64,000 nucleotides of DNA from positions 39,732 to 103,731 of the forward strand of contig CAVTXG010000014.1 of NCBI GenBank assembly GCA_963738605.1, read 5' to 3'. Both the position numbers and the translations under genes were made by a program. The stretch is from an uncultured beta proteobacterium (lineage in GTDB: Bacteria; Pseudomonadota; Gammaproteobacteria; Burkholderiales; Burkholderiaceae_C). The notes below the pieces were generated by a model that made no database searches, was not told the origin of the DNA, and worked only from the letters and a program-made list of their open reading frames with translations. Positions 20,312 through 30,078 of this stretch are shown here, in pieces; the stretch's first letter is position 1; the number at the start of each line of letters is the position of its first letter.

Positions 20312-20926
20312 TCAGTCGAGCCAGCCGTCACCTTGCAGCGCCGCGGCGCACTGTGCAGCGCCCAGAAAGTGCACCGCCTGCCAGCCGCACCCGCGCGCTG
20401 CATCGATGTTGCCGGCATGGTCGTCGATGAACACGAGTTGCGACGCATCGTCGATCGACAGCGCGCTTTGCATATGTTCGAAGATGGCGTTGTCGGGCTT
20501 CGCCAACCCGATGCGCCCGGACCAGGCGCGGTGCTCGAACCAGCCGAAGCATTCGTGCGCGGCTTCGAGGTGGTCGGCATACGGCGCGGGCATGTTCGAC
20601 AGCAGCGCGATGCGATGGCCCGCGGCGCGCACGCGCTCGATCAGCGCCACGCTCTCGGCCATCGGGCTCAGGTGCGCGGGGATGCTGGCGATCAGCGCGG
20701 CGATCGACTCGCGCGCATAGCCGCTGCGATGCACGATGCGATCGACCAGCGCCTCGGGCTCGACGCGGCCGAGGTCGAACTCCAGCCAGTCGGAGCCCGA
20801 CGCACCGCCCTGGAAGATCTGCGCGAGTGCTTGCGCCGGCGGTACCGTCGGCAGGTGCTCGCGCATCAGTTGCATCGGCTGCCAGCGCACGATCACGCCG
20901 CCAACGTCGAAGACGACGGTCTTCAT
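20312..20926 (-). CDS. HAD-superfamily hydrolase
   Basis: Lower part of ORF 20312..21085. Start MKTVVFDVGGVIV at 20926, confirmed by frame arithmetic. Motif I is FDVGGV; a later segment reads FIDDHAGNIDAA. Confidence 0.85.
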   Translation of the reverse strand: MKTVVFDVGGVIVRWQPMQLMREHLPTVPPAQALAQIFQGGASGSDWLEFDLGRVEPEALVDRIVHRSGYARESIAALIASIPAHLSPMAESVALIERVRAAGHRIALLSNMPAPYADHLEAAHECFGWFEHRAWSGRIGLAKPDNAIFEHMQSALSIDDASQLVFIDDHAGNIDAARGCGWQAVHFLGAAQCAAALQGDGWLD

Positions 20927-21017
20927 GGCGTGCGTCACGTGAGCCCCTCGACGGCCGAGTACCGCCGTCGATCCCCCACGGGGATGCGAGCTTGCTTGGG
21001 GCGGCCCGGCGCTGCGC
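20927..21017. repeat. REP-like intergenic repeat, copy C
   Basis: Fills the entire HAD-pgi gap. Sequence: GAGCCCCTCGacGGCcGAGTACcGCCGtCGaTCCCCcacGGGGAtGCGAGCTTGCTTGGGGCGGCCCGGCGC. Both ends match copy D. Confidence 0.7.
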
Positions 21018-22617
21018 TCACGAGCGCAGGCGCTCGAGCAGCGCGGCCGTCGAGGCGTCGAGTCCTTGCGTGTCGCCCGAGGCAAAGCGCGGCAGCAACT
21101 GATTCGTCAGCGCCTTGCCCAACTCGACGCCCCACTGGTCGAAGCTGTTGATGCCCCAGAGCGCGCCGCTGGTGAAGACGCGGTGCTCGTACAGGGAAAT
21201 CAGCGCGCCGAGCGAGCGCGGCGTCAATGTTTCGAGCACCAGCGTCGTGCTGGGACGGTTGCCGGGAAAGCTGCGGTGCTGCGCGAGGGCATCGCGGTCG
21301 AAGTCGGCCGCGGCCGTCGGCGCCTTCTCGGCGCGTGCCTCGTCGGCGCTCTTGCCCAGCATCAGCGCCTGGCTTTGCGCCAGGCAGTTGGCGAGCAGCT
21401 TGACATGCTGGTCGGCGAGGCGATGGCTCGGCGTGCGCACCGCGATGAACTCCACCGGCACGACATCCGTGCCCTGGTGCAGCATCTGGAAGTAGGCATG
21501 CTGGCCGTTGGTGCCGGGCTCGCCCCAGACCACCGGGCTGGTCGCGAACGGCACCGGGTTGCCGGCCATGTCGACGCGCTTGCCGTTGGACTCCATCTCC
21601 AACTGCTGCAGGTACGCCGGAAAGCGCGCCAGGCCCTGGTGGTAGGGCGCGATGCTGCGGCTCGTGAAGCCGTGGAAGTTTCGGTACCAGAACGTCGAGC
21701 AGGCCGAGTTGCAGCGGCAGGTTGCAGGCCAGCGGCGCCTCGGCGAAATGCCGGTCCATCGCGTGCGCGCCTTCGAGCAGCGAACGAAATGGCGCGGCAC
21801 CGATGGCCATCGCGATCGGCAGCCCGATCGCGCTCCACAACGAGTAGCGCCCGCCCACCCAATCCCAGAAGCCGAAGGTGGTGTCGATGCCGAACTGCGC
21901 CGCGGCCTTGACGTTGGTGGTGGTGGCGGCGAAGTGCTGGGCGATGTCGCCTTCCTTCATGCCCTGCGCCAGGAACCACTCGCGCGCAGCCATCGCGTTG
22001 GCCATCGTCTCCTGCGTCGTGAAGGTTTTGGAGGCGACGATGAAGAGCGTCTCCTTCGCACTCAGGCGCCGCAGCACGCGCGTCAGGTCGTGGCCGTCGA
22101 CATTGCTGACGAAGTGCATCGTGAGCTGCGGATGCACGAAGGGTTCGAGCGCCACCACCGCCATCTGCGGCCCGAGATCGCTGCCGCCGATGCCGATGTT
22201 GACGACGTGGCGGATGCCGCTGGCCGCGGTGTCGCGCATGCGCTCGACATACGCCAGCATCGCGTCGAGCACGCCGTGCACCTCGTCGGAGAACGGTCCG
22301 CCGCCGCGCGGCGCGCGCAACGCGGTATGCAGCACGGCGCGGCCTTCGGTGGCGTTGATGGGCGCGCCGGCGAACATCGCGTCGCGCTGCGCCTCGATGC
22401 CGCACTCGCGCGCCAGGTCGTGCAGGAAGTGCAGCGTGGCGGTGTCGATCAGGTTCTTCGACAGGTCGGCGTGGATCTCTGGCGCGCTCCAGGTGAGGGC
22501 GCGCGCGCGCTCGGCGTCGCGCGCGAAGGCCTCGCGCAGATCGAATTCGCGGCCATGCGCGCGGTAGTGGCCGGCGAGCGCGGCCCAGGCTTCAGTGTGG
22601 TCGCAGCGGGTCATCAC
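21018..22617 (-). pseudogene. pgi: glucose-6-phosphate isomerase, one frameshift
   Basis: The N-terminal ~300 aa are in ORF 20935..22617 (...[10 protein letters not shown]...LQLGLLDV). The C-terminal part is in ORF 21018..21800 ([20 protein letters not shown]...ESNGK...). The switch is at about 21688-21694 (GACGTTCTGGTAC). Confidence 0.85.
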
Positions 22618-23564
22618 GGCTGCCTTTCGATCATCTGGTCGAGTTGCGCCGCATCGGCGGCGAAGGCGCGGATGCCTTCGGCCAGCTTGTCGCTGGCCAT
22701 CGCATCGGCGTTGAGCGCGAAGCGGAAGGCGGCCTCGTTGTAGCTGGCCGCGTGCACCGTCGCGGTTTTGGCCCGCGCCGGATCGAGAGCCCGCGGCAGC
22801 GGCGCATCGCTGGCCTGCAATTGCGCCAGCAGCTCGGGGCTGATCGTCAACAGATCGCAGCCGGCGAGCGCGCGAATCTGGCCGAGGTTGCGAAAGCTCG
22901 CGCCCATGACCTCGGTGTCGATGTCGAAGTGCTTGTAGTAGGTGTAGATCTGCGCCACCGACTTGACGCCGGGGTCATCGGCGTCGGCCATCGCCGCTTC
23001 GTCCCACGCCGCGCCGGCCGCCTTCTTGTGCCAGTCGTAGATGCGGCCGACGAAGGGCGAGATCAGGCGCACGCCGGCCTCGCCGCAGGCCACCGCCTGG
23101 CAGAAGGCGAACAGCAGCGTCAGGTTGCAGTGGATGCCTTCGTGCTGCAGCGCCTTGGCCGCCTGGATGCCTTCCCAGGTCGAAGCCATCTTGATCAGCA
23201 CGCGCTCGCGGCCGACACCGGCACGCTCGTAGAGCTCGACGATGCGGCGCGCGCGCGCGATCGTCGCCGCGGTGTCGAACGACAGGCGCGCATCGACTTC
23301 GGTGGAAACGCGGCCGGGCACGATCTTCAGGATCTCCAGGCCGAAACGCACCAGCACGCCATCGACGATGCGGTCCAGGGCCTTGCCCTTCAGCGACGCC
23401 ACCGTTTCGGCCAGCACGGGTGCGTACTGCGGCTGCTGCACCGCTTTCAGGATCAGCGTCGGGTTGGTGGTGGCGTCGCGCGGCGCGAACTGCCCGAGCT
23501 GCAGGAAGTTGCCGGTGTCGGCAACGACGGTGGTGTGCTGCTTGAGTTGGTCGAGCTGGTTCAT
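22614..23564 (-). CDS. tal: transaldolase
   Basis: ORF 22614..23615. Likely start is [18 protein letters not shown] at 23564. Typical transaldolase B segments are TNPTLILKA and [11 protein letters not shown]. 4-nt overlap with the pgi start. Confidence 0.9.
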   Translation of the reverse strand: MNQLDQLKQHTTVVADTGNFLQLGQFAPRDATTNPTLILKAVQQPQYAPVLAETVASLKGKALDRIVDGVLVRFGLEILKIVPGRVSTEVDARLSFDTAATIARARRIVELYERAGVGRERVLIKMASTWEGIQAAKALQHEGIHCNLTLLFAFCQAVACGEAGVRLISPFVGRIYDWHKKAAGAAWDEAAMADADDPGVKSVAQIYTYYKHFDIDTEVMGASFRNLGQIRALAGCDLLTISPELLAQLQASDAPLPRALDPARAKTATVHAASYNEAAFRFALNADAMASDKLAEGIRAFAADAAQLDQMIERQP

Positions 23565-23621
23565 CCGTTTGATTGTGCCGCGCGGTTTGACCCGCCGAAG
23601 AAACTCATGCATCATCGTGGC

Positions 23622-23636
23622 CGTAACTTTATTACA
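23622..23636. promoter_or_regulatory. candidate HexR operator (imperfect palindrome cGTAAC-TTT-ATTACA)
   Basis: Lies in the 83-bp tal/zwf divergent gap, 12 nt upstream of the zwf ATG. It resembles the TGTAAT-N3-ATTACA type HexR box as I recall it, and hexR is encoded just downstream of zwf. Confidence 0.35.
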
Positions 23637-23647
23637 TCAGCCTCTCG

Positions 23648-25094
23648 ATGTCCTTCGACCTCGTTCTCTTCGGTGGCACCGGCGATCTGACGTGGCGCAA
23701 GCTCATGCCGGCGTTGTTCCAGGCATGGCGCCACGGCAAGCTGCCGGCCGACGGCCGCATCCTCGCGGTGGCGCGCGACGAGCGCAGCGACGACACCTAC
23801 CGCGCCTTCATCCGCGACAAGTTCGTCGAGGTCGATCCGCCCAAGCAGCCGAGCGACGAGGAGTTCGCGCGCTTCGCGCAACTGCTGCACTACCGCCGCA
23901 TGGACCTGTCGCAACCCGAGCACTATGCCGGCCTGAAGCAGTGGCTCGACGAGCGCGGCGCGGACGTCAAGGTGTTCTTTCTGGCGACCAGCCCACACCT
24001 GTTCACGCAGATCTGCGCGCAGCTCGGCGCCGCGGGCTTGAACGGCGATGACGTGCGCGTCGTGCTCGAAAAGCCGCTCGGCCACGACCTGGCGAGCGCG
24101 CAGGAGATCAACCGCGTGGTGCGCGCGTCGTTCAGCGAATCGCAGGCGCTGCGCATCGATCACTATCTCGGCAAGCCGGCCGTGCAGAACCTCACCGCGC
24201 TGCGCTTCGGCAATGCCTTGTTCGAGCCGCTGTGGCGGCGCGAGAGCATCGCCAACATCCAGATCACGATCGCCGAGGGCCTGGGCGTGGGCACGCGCGG
24301 CGATTTCTACGACCGCACCGGCGCGCTGCGCGACATGGTGCAGAACCACGCGCTGCAACTGCTGACGATGATCGCGATGGAGCCGCCGGCCAACGGCGAC
24401 GCCTTCTCGATCCGCGACGAGAAGTTGAAGGTGCTGAAGTCATTGAAGCCGTTCACGCCCGAGAGCGTGGCGCGTGACGTGGTGCGCGGCCAGTACAAGG
24501 GCGCTGCGGTGGGCGGCGCAGAAGGTGCCCGGCTACCTCGAAGAGGTGAAGGTGCCGGCCGACAGCACGACCGAGACCTTCGTCGCCTTGCGCACCGAGG
24601 TGCAGAACTGGCGCTGGGCCGGCGTGCCCTTCTACCTGCGTACCGGCAAGCGCCTGGCGGCGCGCGACGCGCAGATCGTCATCAACTTCCGGCCGGTGCC
24701 GCATCCGATCTTTGCCGGCACCAGCGGCGCCAACAAGCTCGTCATCAAGCTGCAACCGGAAGACGGCCTGGAGCTGCACCTGCTCGCGGCCAAGGGCACC
24801 GGCAACAACGAGATGCTGTCGCCGGTGCGCCTGGACCTCGATTTCGACAAGGCCTTCGTCGCCGACCGCGTCGGCGCCTACGAGCGGCTGCTGCTCGATG
24901 CCATCGCCGGGCGCCTGAACCTGTTCGTGCGCAGCGACGAGCAGGAGCAAGCGTGGCGCTGGGTCGAGCCGGTGCTCGAAGCGTGGCGCAACGATCCGGC
25001 CGGGCCGAAGCCGTATGCGGCGGGCTCGTGGGGGCCGCCGGCGTCGAGTGCGTTGATTGCGCGCGATGGGTTTGCCTGGGATGAGGAAGCCTGA
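23648..25094 (+). pseudogene. zwf: glucose-6-phosphate 1-dehydrogenase, one frameshift
   Basis: ORF 23648..25084 carries GGTGDLTWRKL, RIDHYLGK and ...VRGQYKGAAVGG. The continuation QKVPGYLEEVKVPADSTTETF... is in ORF 24474..25094. The switch is at about 24515-24520 (GGCGGCgCAGAAG). Confidence 0.85.
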
Positions 25095-25102
25095 TCTTGT
25101 CG

Positions 25103-25981
25103 ATGCTCGAGCGCGTTCATGCGGCTTTGCCGGCGTTGCCGCCGGCCGAACAGCGCGTCGCCAAGCTGGTGCTCGCCGATCCGCGCAGCTTCGCCTCGCT
25201 GCCGGTGGGTGAGCTCGCCGAACGCTCGCATGTCAGCAAGCCGACGGTGGTGCGCTTCTGTCGCAGCGTCGGCTACGACGGCCTCGCGGACTTCAAGCTC
25301 AAGCTCGCCGGCACCGTCAACGAAGGCGTGCCCTTCGTGCACCGCGCCGTCGACGAGGACGACAAGCCGGGCGACATCGTCGTCAAGGTGATCGACAACA
25401 CCGTCAGCGCGCTGCTTGCTTATCGCAACGACGCCGCCAGCCATGCCTTCGATCGCGCCATCGAAGCGCTCGCGGCGGCCGGCCGCAGCGGTCGGCGCAT
25501 CGAGTTCTACGGCGTCGGCAACTCGGGAATCGTGGCGCAGGATGCGCAGCACAAGTTCTTTCGCCTCGGCGTCTCGGCCACCGCCGTCTCCGACGGCCAT
25601 GTGCAGGTGATGAGCGCGACCATGCTGCAACCGGGCGACTGCGTCGTCATCATCAGCAACTCGGGCCGCAGCCGCGACTTGCTCGACGCCGCCGAGATCG
25701 CGCGGCGCAAGGGCGCGACCACGATCGTCGTCACCGCCAGCGGCTCGCCGCTGGCGCGCAGCGGCAACGGCGCGCAGCAGATCCTGCTGGCCGCCGACCA
25801 CCCGGAAGACTACGACCGCTACAGCCCGATGGTGTCGCGCCTGCTGCACCTGGTGATCATCGACATCCTGACCACCGGCGTGGCGTTGAAGCTCGGCGAA
25901 CAATTGCGGCCGATGCTGGCCGAGATCAAGCGCAACCTGCGCGCCAAGCGCTACGCGAAGACCGACGCCAGCGCTAGCTGA
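25103..25981 (+). CDS. hexR: RpiR/HexR-family transcriptional regulator (HTH + SIS domain)
   Basis: ORF 25097..25981 (TTG); first ATG at 25103. HTH: LPVGELAERSHVSKPTVVRFCRSVGY. SIS segment: FYGVGNSGIVAQDA. Confidence 0.88.
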   Translation: MLERVHAALPALPPAEQRVAKLVLADPRSFASLPVGELAERSHVSKPTVVRFCRSVGYDGLADFKLKLAGTVNEGVPFVHRAVDEDDKPGDIVVKVIDNTVSALLAYRNDAASHAFDRAIEALAAAGRSGRRIEFYGVGNSGIVAQDAQHKFFRLGVSATAVSDGHVQVMSATMLQPGDCVVIISNSGRSRDLLDAAEIARRKGATTIVVTASGSPLARSGNGAQQILLAADHPEDYDRYSPMVSRLLHLVIIDILTTGVALKLGEQLRPMLAEIKRNLRAKRYAKTDASAS

Positions 25982-26234
25982 AGGCGAGCAGATCGGCCAC
26001 GCCGTAGAGCGTGGCCAGTTCGACCATTGCCTTGGGCGCACCGCTGACGGAAAACGCGCGGCCCGGCGCCGCACGTCGCAGCTCGAGCAGCGTGGCGATC
26101 GCCGACGAATCGAAGTGACCGAGCGCGCTGGCATCGATCACGAGCGCGCCGTTGCCCTGCGAGACCTGCGCAGCGAGCGCTGCCACCGCAGCGCCCGCTT
26201 CGGGTATGCCCAGCCGGGCCGGCAACGCCAGCAT
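25974..26234 (-). CDS. mlaB: STAS-domain protein (MlaB-like)
   Basis: Lower part of ORF 25974..26342. Met37 at 26234 overlaps the mlaC stop. 86 aa, last gene of the mla operon. Confidence 0.7.
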   Translation of the reverse strand: MLALPARLGIPEAGAAVAALAAQVSQGNGALVIDASALGHFDSSAIATLLELRRAAPGRAFSVSGAPKAMVELATLYGVADLLAFS

Positions 26235-26839
26235 CAGGACTTGGTGCTCTTGTTGCGCTCGGCCAGTTTGGCGATCAGGCCGTCGATGCCGCCGGCATTG
26301 ATGTCCTGCGCGAACTGGTTGCGGTACTGCTCCACCAGCCACACGCCGAGCACATTGACGTCGTAGATCTTCCAGCCGGCATCGATCTTCTCGAGGCGGT
26401 AGTCGAGCTGGATCGGCTCGCCCTTGCCCTTGACCTCGGTGCGCACCACCACCTCGGTGTCTTCCGCAGCCGCGCGCATCGGCTTCAACTGCACGGTCTG
26501 ATCCTTGACCTGCGTCAGCGCACCGGCGTAGGTACGCAACAGCAGCGTCTTGAATTCTTCCTGCAGACGCTTTTGCTGCTCGGGCGTCGCGCTGCGCCAG
26601 TTGCGGCCGACGGCCGAGGCCGTCATGCGCTGGAAGTTGACGTGCGGCATCACCTTGGTGTCGACCAGCGAGACGATCTTGCTCGCGTCACCGCTCTGCA
26701 GCGACTTGTCGGCCTTGATCGTGTCGATGACTTCGGTCGAGACCTGCTTGATCAGCGCGTCGGGCGTGGTGGTCTGCGCGACCGCGACGACAGACGCCAC
26801 GCTGATCGCCAGGCCGGCAAGGATTCGTTGCAAAACCAT
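26234..26839 (-). CDS. mlaC: phospholipid-binding periplasmic protein MlaC (Ttg2D family)
   Basis: Lower part of ORF 26234..27166. Start MVLQRILAGLAISVASVVAVAQ at 26839, 201 aa. Confidence 0.85.
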   Translation of the reverse strand: MVLQRILAGLAISVASVVAVAQTTTPDALIKQVSTEVIDTIKADKSLQSGDASKIVSLVDTKVMPHVNFQRMTASAVGRNWRSATPEQQKRLQEEFKTLLLRTYAGALTQVKDQTVQLKPMRAAAEDTEVVVRTEVKGKGEPIQLDYRLEKIDAGWKIYDVNVLGVWLVEQYRNQFAQDINAGGIDGLIAKLAERNKSTKS

Positions 26840-26919
26840 GAACTTCCTTTCATGCGCCCGCGGCGCGGGCACGAAGCCGACAACGCTTGGCGCTGTCGCG
26901 GGTTTACTTGCGGTGCGCC

Positions 26920-27648
26920 TTACTTGGGCACGGCCGGCGGCGGCGACGCCGGCTCCTTGTCCTGCGGCAGCTCGGGCGGGTCGCCGTCGTAGACCAGGTT
27001 GCGGCGCCGTGCCACGTAGGCGTCGCGGATGAAACTGTACTTGTCGAGCGCGATGCCTTCGACCACGCGCGACGCCGAGAGCAGGTTGGCGCGCGTGTCG
27101 ATCAGGTTCAAAGCGCTCAACGCGAACGCGCCAGCGCTGTCGTTGACCAGCGCCGAGGGCGACCACGACAGATCGAGCGGCCGCGCCAGCGAGTCACGCG
27201 CGGTCGAGGGGCCGAGCAGCGGCCACACCACGTAGGGCCCCGCCGGCAGGCCCCAGCGGCCGAGCGTCTGGCCGAAGTCTTCACTCTGGCGCTCCATGCC
27301 AAGATCGCTGGCAACGTCGAAAATGCCGCCGATGCCGATCAGCGTGTTCGCCACCACGCGCGCCGTCATCGTCGCCGCGGCTTCGCCCTTGCCTTGAAGC
27401 GCCTGGTTGATCGCCGACCAACCGTCGCCGAAGTTGCCGAAGAAGTTGCCAACGCCCTGGCGCGCGAGTTCCGGTACCACGGCCTGGTAGCCGCGCGCCA
27501 GCGGGGCGAGCAAGGCGCGATCGAGCGCCTCGTTGAAGCCGAAGATGGCGCGGTTGACCGGCTCGAACGGATCGTTCGCCGTCTGCGCATGCGCCGCTGC
27601 GGTCGCGGCCGCGAAGACAAGAGCGAGCAGGGGACGGCTGTGTTTCAT
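26920..27648 (-). CDS. mlaA: outer-membrane lipoprotein MlaA/VacJ
   Basis: ORF 26920..27648, 242 aa. Typical segments DPFEPVNRAIFGFN and GPYVVWPLLGPST. Confidence 0.9.
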   Translation of the reverse strand: MKHSRPLLALVFAAATAAAHAQTANDPFEPVNRAIFGFNEALDRALLAPLARGYQAVVPELARQGVGNFFGNFGDGWSAINQALQGKGEAAATMTARVVANTLIGIGGIFDVASDLGMERQSEDFGQTLGRWGLPAGPYVVWPLLGPSTARDSLARPLDLSWSPSALVNDSAGAFALSALNLIDTRANLLSASRVVEGIALDKYSFIRDAYVARRRNLVYDGDPPELPQDKEPASPPPAVPK

Positions 27649-27662
27649 CGCTGCGTTCTTCG

Positions 27663-28193
27663 CTACTTCTTCGCGGGTGCGCTTTGCGGTACCGGCGCCG
27701 GCGGCGCCGGCGTGTTGGGCGTGTTGCGGTTGCTGCCGGCATCGGCCGCGCGGTTGAAGATCAACTGGCCGATCAGGTTTTCGAGCACGACGGCCGACTG
27801 CGTCTGACGGATCGTATCGCCGCCGGCGAGTTCCTTCTCGTCGGCGCCGGGCTCGAGGCCAATGTACTGGTCGCCGAGCAATCCTGCCGTCAGGATCTTG
27901 GCCGATGTGTCCTTTGGAAACTTGACGTGGTCGTCGATTTCCATGCGCACCACGCCTTGATAGGTCTTCGGATCGAGCGAGATGCTGGTGACGCGGCCGA
28001 CGGTGACGCCGGCGCTGCGCACCGGGGCGCGCGCTTTCAGCCCGCCGATGTTGTCGAACTTGGCGTTGACGCGGTAGCCCTTGTGCTGGCCGAAGCTGGC
28101 CAGGTTGGCCGCCTTGAGCGCCAGGAACAACAGACCGGCAATGCCCAGCAGCACGAACAGGCCCACCAGCACTTCGATGCTCTTGCGGTTCAT
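27663..28193 (-). CDS. mlaD: MCE-domain protein MlaD
   Basis: ORF 27663..28193, 176 aa. N-terminal TM helix followed by an MCE domain (GLKARAPVRSAGVTVGRV). Confidence 0.9.
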   Translation of the reverse strand: MNRKSIEVLVGLFVLLGIAGLLFLALKAANLASFGQHKGYRVNAKFDNIGGLKARAPVRSAGVTVGRVTSISLDPKTYQGVVRMEIDDHVKFPKDTSAKILTAGLLGDQYIGLEPGADEKELAGGDTIRQTQSAVVLENLIGQLIFNRAADAGSNRNTPNTPAPPAPVPQSAPAKK

Positions 28194-28215
28194 CTTCTCT
28201 TCTCCTTTGCTCGCA

Positions 28216-28995
28216 TCACGGCGCCGAGAACATCAACGCCGTCAGCACGAAATCCATGCCCAGCACGCCGAGCGACGACACCACCACGGTGCGCGTCGTC
28301 GCATACGCAACGCCCTCGGGCGTGGCCTCGGCCTGATGGCCCTGGTACAGCGCGACCGCGGTGCAGACCACGCCGAAGACGAAACTCTTGACCACGCCGT
28401 TGCCGACATCGCGCCAGACATCGACGCGCGATTGCATCAGCGACCAGAAGTTGCCCGAGTCCAGCCCGATCAGGATGACGCCGACGACCCAGGCGCCGAG
28501 GATACCGACCGCGGAAAACAGGATCGCCAGCAGCGGCATCGAGACGATGCCGCCGAGAAAGCGCGGCGCGAACACGCGCGTCCGTGGGTCCACCGCCATC
28601 ATCTCCATCGCCGCCAGCTGCTCGCCCGATTTCATCAGGCCGATCTCGGCCGTGAGCGAGGTGCCGGCACGCCCGGCGAACAGCAGCGCCGTGACCACCG
28701 GTCCGAGTTCGCGCACCAGGCTCAGGTTGACGATCAGGCCGAGCGACTCGGTGGCGCCGTAGGTGGCCAGCGCGTAGTACATCTGCAGCGCCAGCACGAA
28801 ACCCACCGCCAGGCCCGACGCGAGGATGATGACGAGCGAACGGTTGCCCAGCGCGTGGATCTGCGTGATGACGAGGCGAAAGCGCGGCAACGCCTGCGGC
28901 AGGTGCGCCAGCAGGTCGACGAAGAACAGCGCCGCGCGGCCGAAGCGCCGCATCGCCACGAATGTGCGCGCACCGATCGCCTGCAAGGGGTTCAT
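28216..28995 (-). CDS. mlaE: ABC permease MlaE
   Basis: ORF 28216..28995, 259 aa. Typical segment: LVRELGPVVTALLFAGRAGTSLTAEIGLMK. Confidence 0.9.
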   Translation of the reverse strand: MNPLQAIGARTFVAMRRFGRAALFFVDLLAHLPQALPRFRLVITQIHALGNRSLVIILASGLAVGFVLALQMYYALATYGATESLGLIVNLSLVRELGPVVTALLFAGRAGTSLTAEIGLMKSGEQLAAMEMMAVDPRTRVFAPRFLGGIVSMPLLAILFSAVGILGAWVVGVILIGLDSGNFWSLMQSRVDVWRDVGNGVVKSFVFGVVCTAVALYQGHQAEATPEGVAYATTRTVVVSSLGVLGMDFVLTALMFSAP

Positions 28996-29149
28996 GCGAG
29001 CCCCTCGCCCGGCGAGTACGCCGATCGGTCCCCCGAGGGGAGCGAATGGCGCGGCTCCATGCCGGCCTGCGCCGGCATGGACGCCATGAGCGCGAGCCGC
29101 GTCTCGCGGCTCGCGGGAGCTTGCTTGGGGCGGCCCGGCGCGGCGCGCA
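28996..29149. repeat. REP-like intergenic repeat, copy D (composite)
   Basis: Its ends match copy C (GAGCCCCTCG...GAGTAC...TCCCCcgaGGGGA and GAGCTTGCTTGGGGCGGCCCGGCGC). An internal ~70 bp carries CCATGCCGGC-ctgc-GCCGGCATGG (29057..29080) and GCGAGCCGCG-tct-CGCGGCTCGC (29092..29114). These are the same two hairpin modules, in the same order, as in copy B. Confidence 0.75.
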
Positions 29150-29962
29150 TCATGCGGTGACCCCGAAGTCCTCGGCCAATGTCGGCGCCGGGTAGTGGAA
29201 CTTCACCGGCCCATCGGGCTCGCCCAGAACGAACTGGCGCGTCTCGGGATCGGTGCTCGACATCAGTTCGGCCGGCGTGCCCTGCGCGACGATGCGCCCG
29301 CCCGGCGCGGCCAGCAGGACCACGTAGTCGGAGATCGACATGCACTCGGGCACGTCATGCGAGACCACCAGCGAGGTCGCGCCGGTGGCGTCGTTCAACT
29401 TGCGGATGAGATTGGCGGCCACGCCCATCGAGATCAGATCGAGGCCGGCGAAGGGCTCGTCGTACATGATCAGTTCCGGGTCGAGCGCAATGGCGCGCGC
29501 CAGCGCGACGCGCCGCGCCATGCCGCCGGAGACTTCCGAGATGCGCAGGCCCGCAGCGCCGCGCAGGCCCACCGCATGCAGCTTCATCAAGACGATGTCG
29601 CGGATCATCGACTCCGCCAGGCCGCTGTGCTCGCGCAGCGGGAAGGCGACGTTGTCGAACACCGTGAGGTCGGTGAAGAGCGCGCCGAACTGGAACAGCA
29701 TGCCCATGCGCCGGCGCATGCGCAGCATCTGCTTGCGGTCACGTGCGTTGAGCTCTTCGCCGTCGAAGACGACGCGGCCCGAAGAGGCCGCGGCCATGCC
29801 GCCGATCAGGCGCAGCAGCGTGGTCTTGCCGCAGCCCGAGCCGCCGAGGATCGACGTGACCTTGCCGCGCATGAAGCGCAACGAAATGTCACCCAGGATC
29901 GTGCGGCTGGCGTCGTAGCCGAAGGTGACATGGTCGATCTCGATGAGAGCGTCGTTTTTCAA
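29150..29962 (-). CDS. mlaF: ABC ATP-binding protein MlaF
   Basis: Lower part of ORF 29150..31708. Walker A GGSGCGKTT, signature VSGGMARR, Walker B IMYDEPFAGLD. No ATG is available; a TTG at 29962 (LKNDALIEIDHV) is in frame, so the start is uncertain. Confidence 0.85.
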   Translation of the reverse strand: MKNDALIEIDHVTFGYDASRTILGDISLRFMRGKVTSILGGSGCGKTTLLRLIGGMAAASSGRVVFDGEELNARDRKQMLRMRRRMGMLFQFGALFTDLTVFDNVAFPLREHSGLAESMIRDIVLMKLHAVGLRGAAGLRISEVSGGMARRVALARAIALDPELIMYDEPFAGLDLISMGVAANLIRKLNDATGATSLVVSHDVPECMSISDYVVLLAAPGGRIVAQGTPAELMSSTDPETRQFVLGEPDGPVKFHYPAPTLAEDFGVTA

Positions 29963-30045
29963 GCGGCTGGGCAGACGCGCAGGCCGTGGGCGCGTCGGCT
30001 GTTTTTCTTGCGGCGATTCTCGCACGCGAGCCGCGCGCACCGCTG

Positions 30046-30064
30046 CGTCGGCCCGATGCCGACG
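30046..30064 (-). terminator. possible terminator-like hairpin after the pilus operon
   Basis: CGTCGGC-ccgat-GCCGACG, a perfect 7-bp stem 15 nt downstream of the TonB-like stop. No U-tract follows, so this call is weak. Confidence 0.25.
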
Positions 30065-30078
30065 TACAGCCCGCCAGT

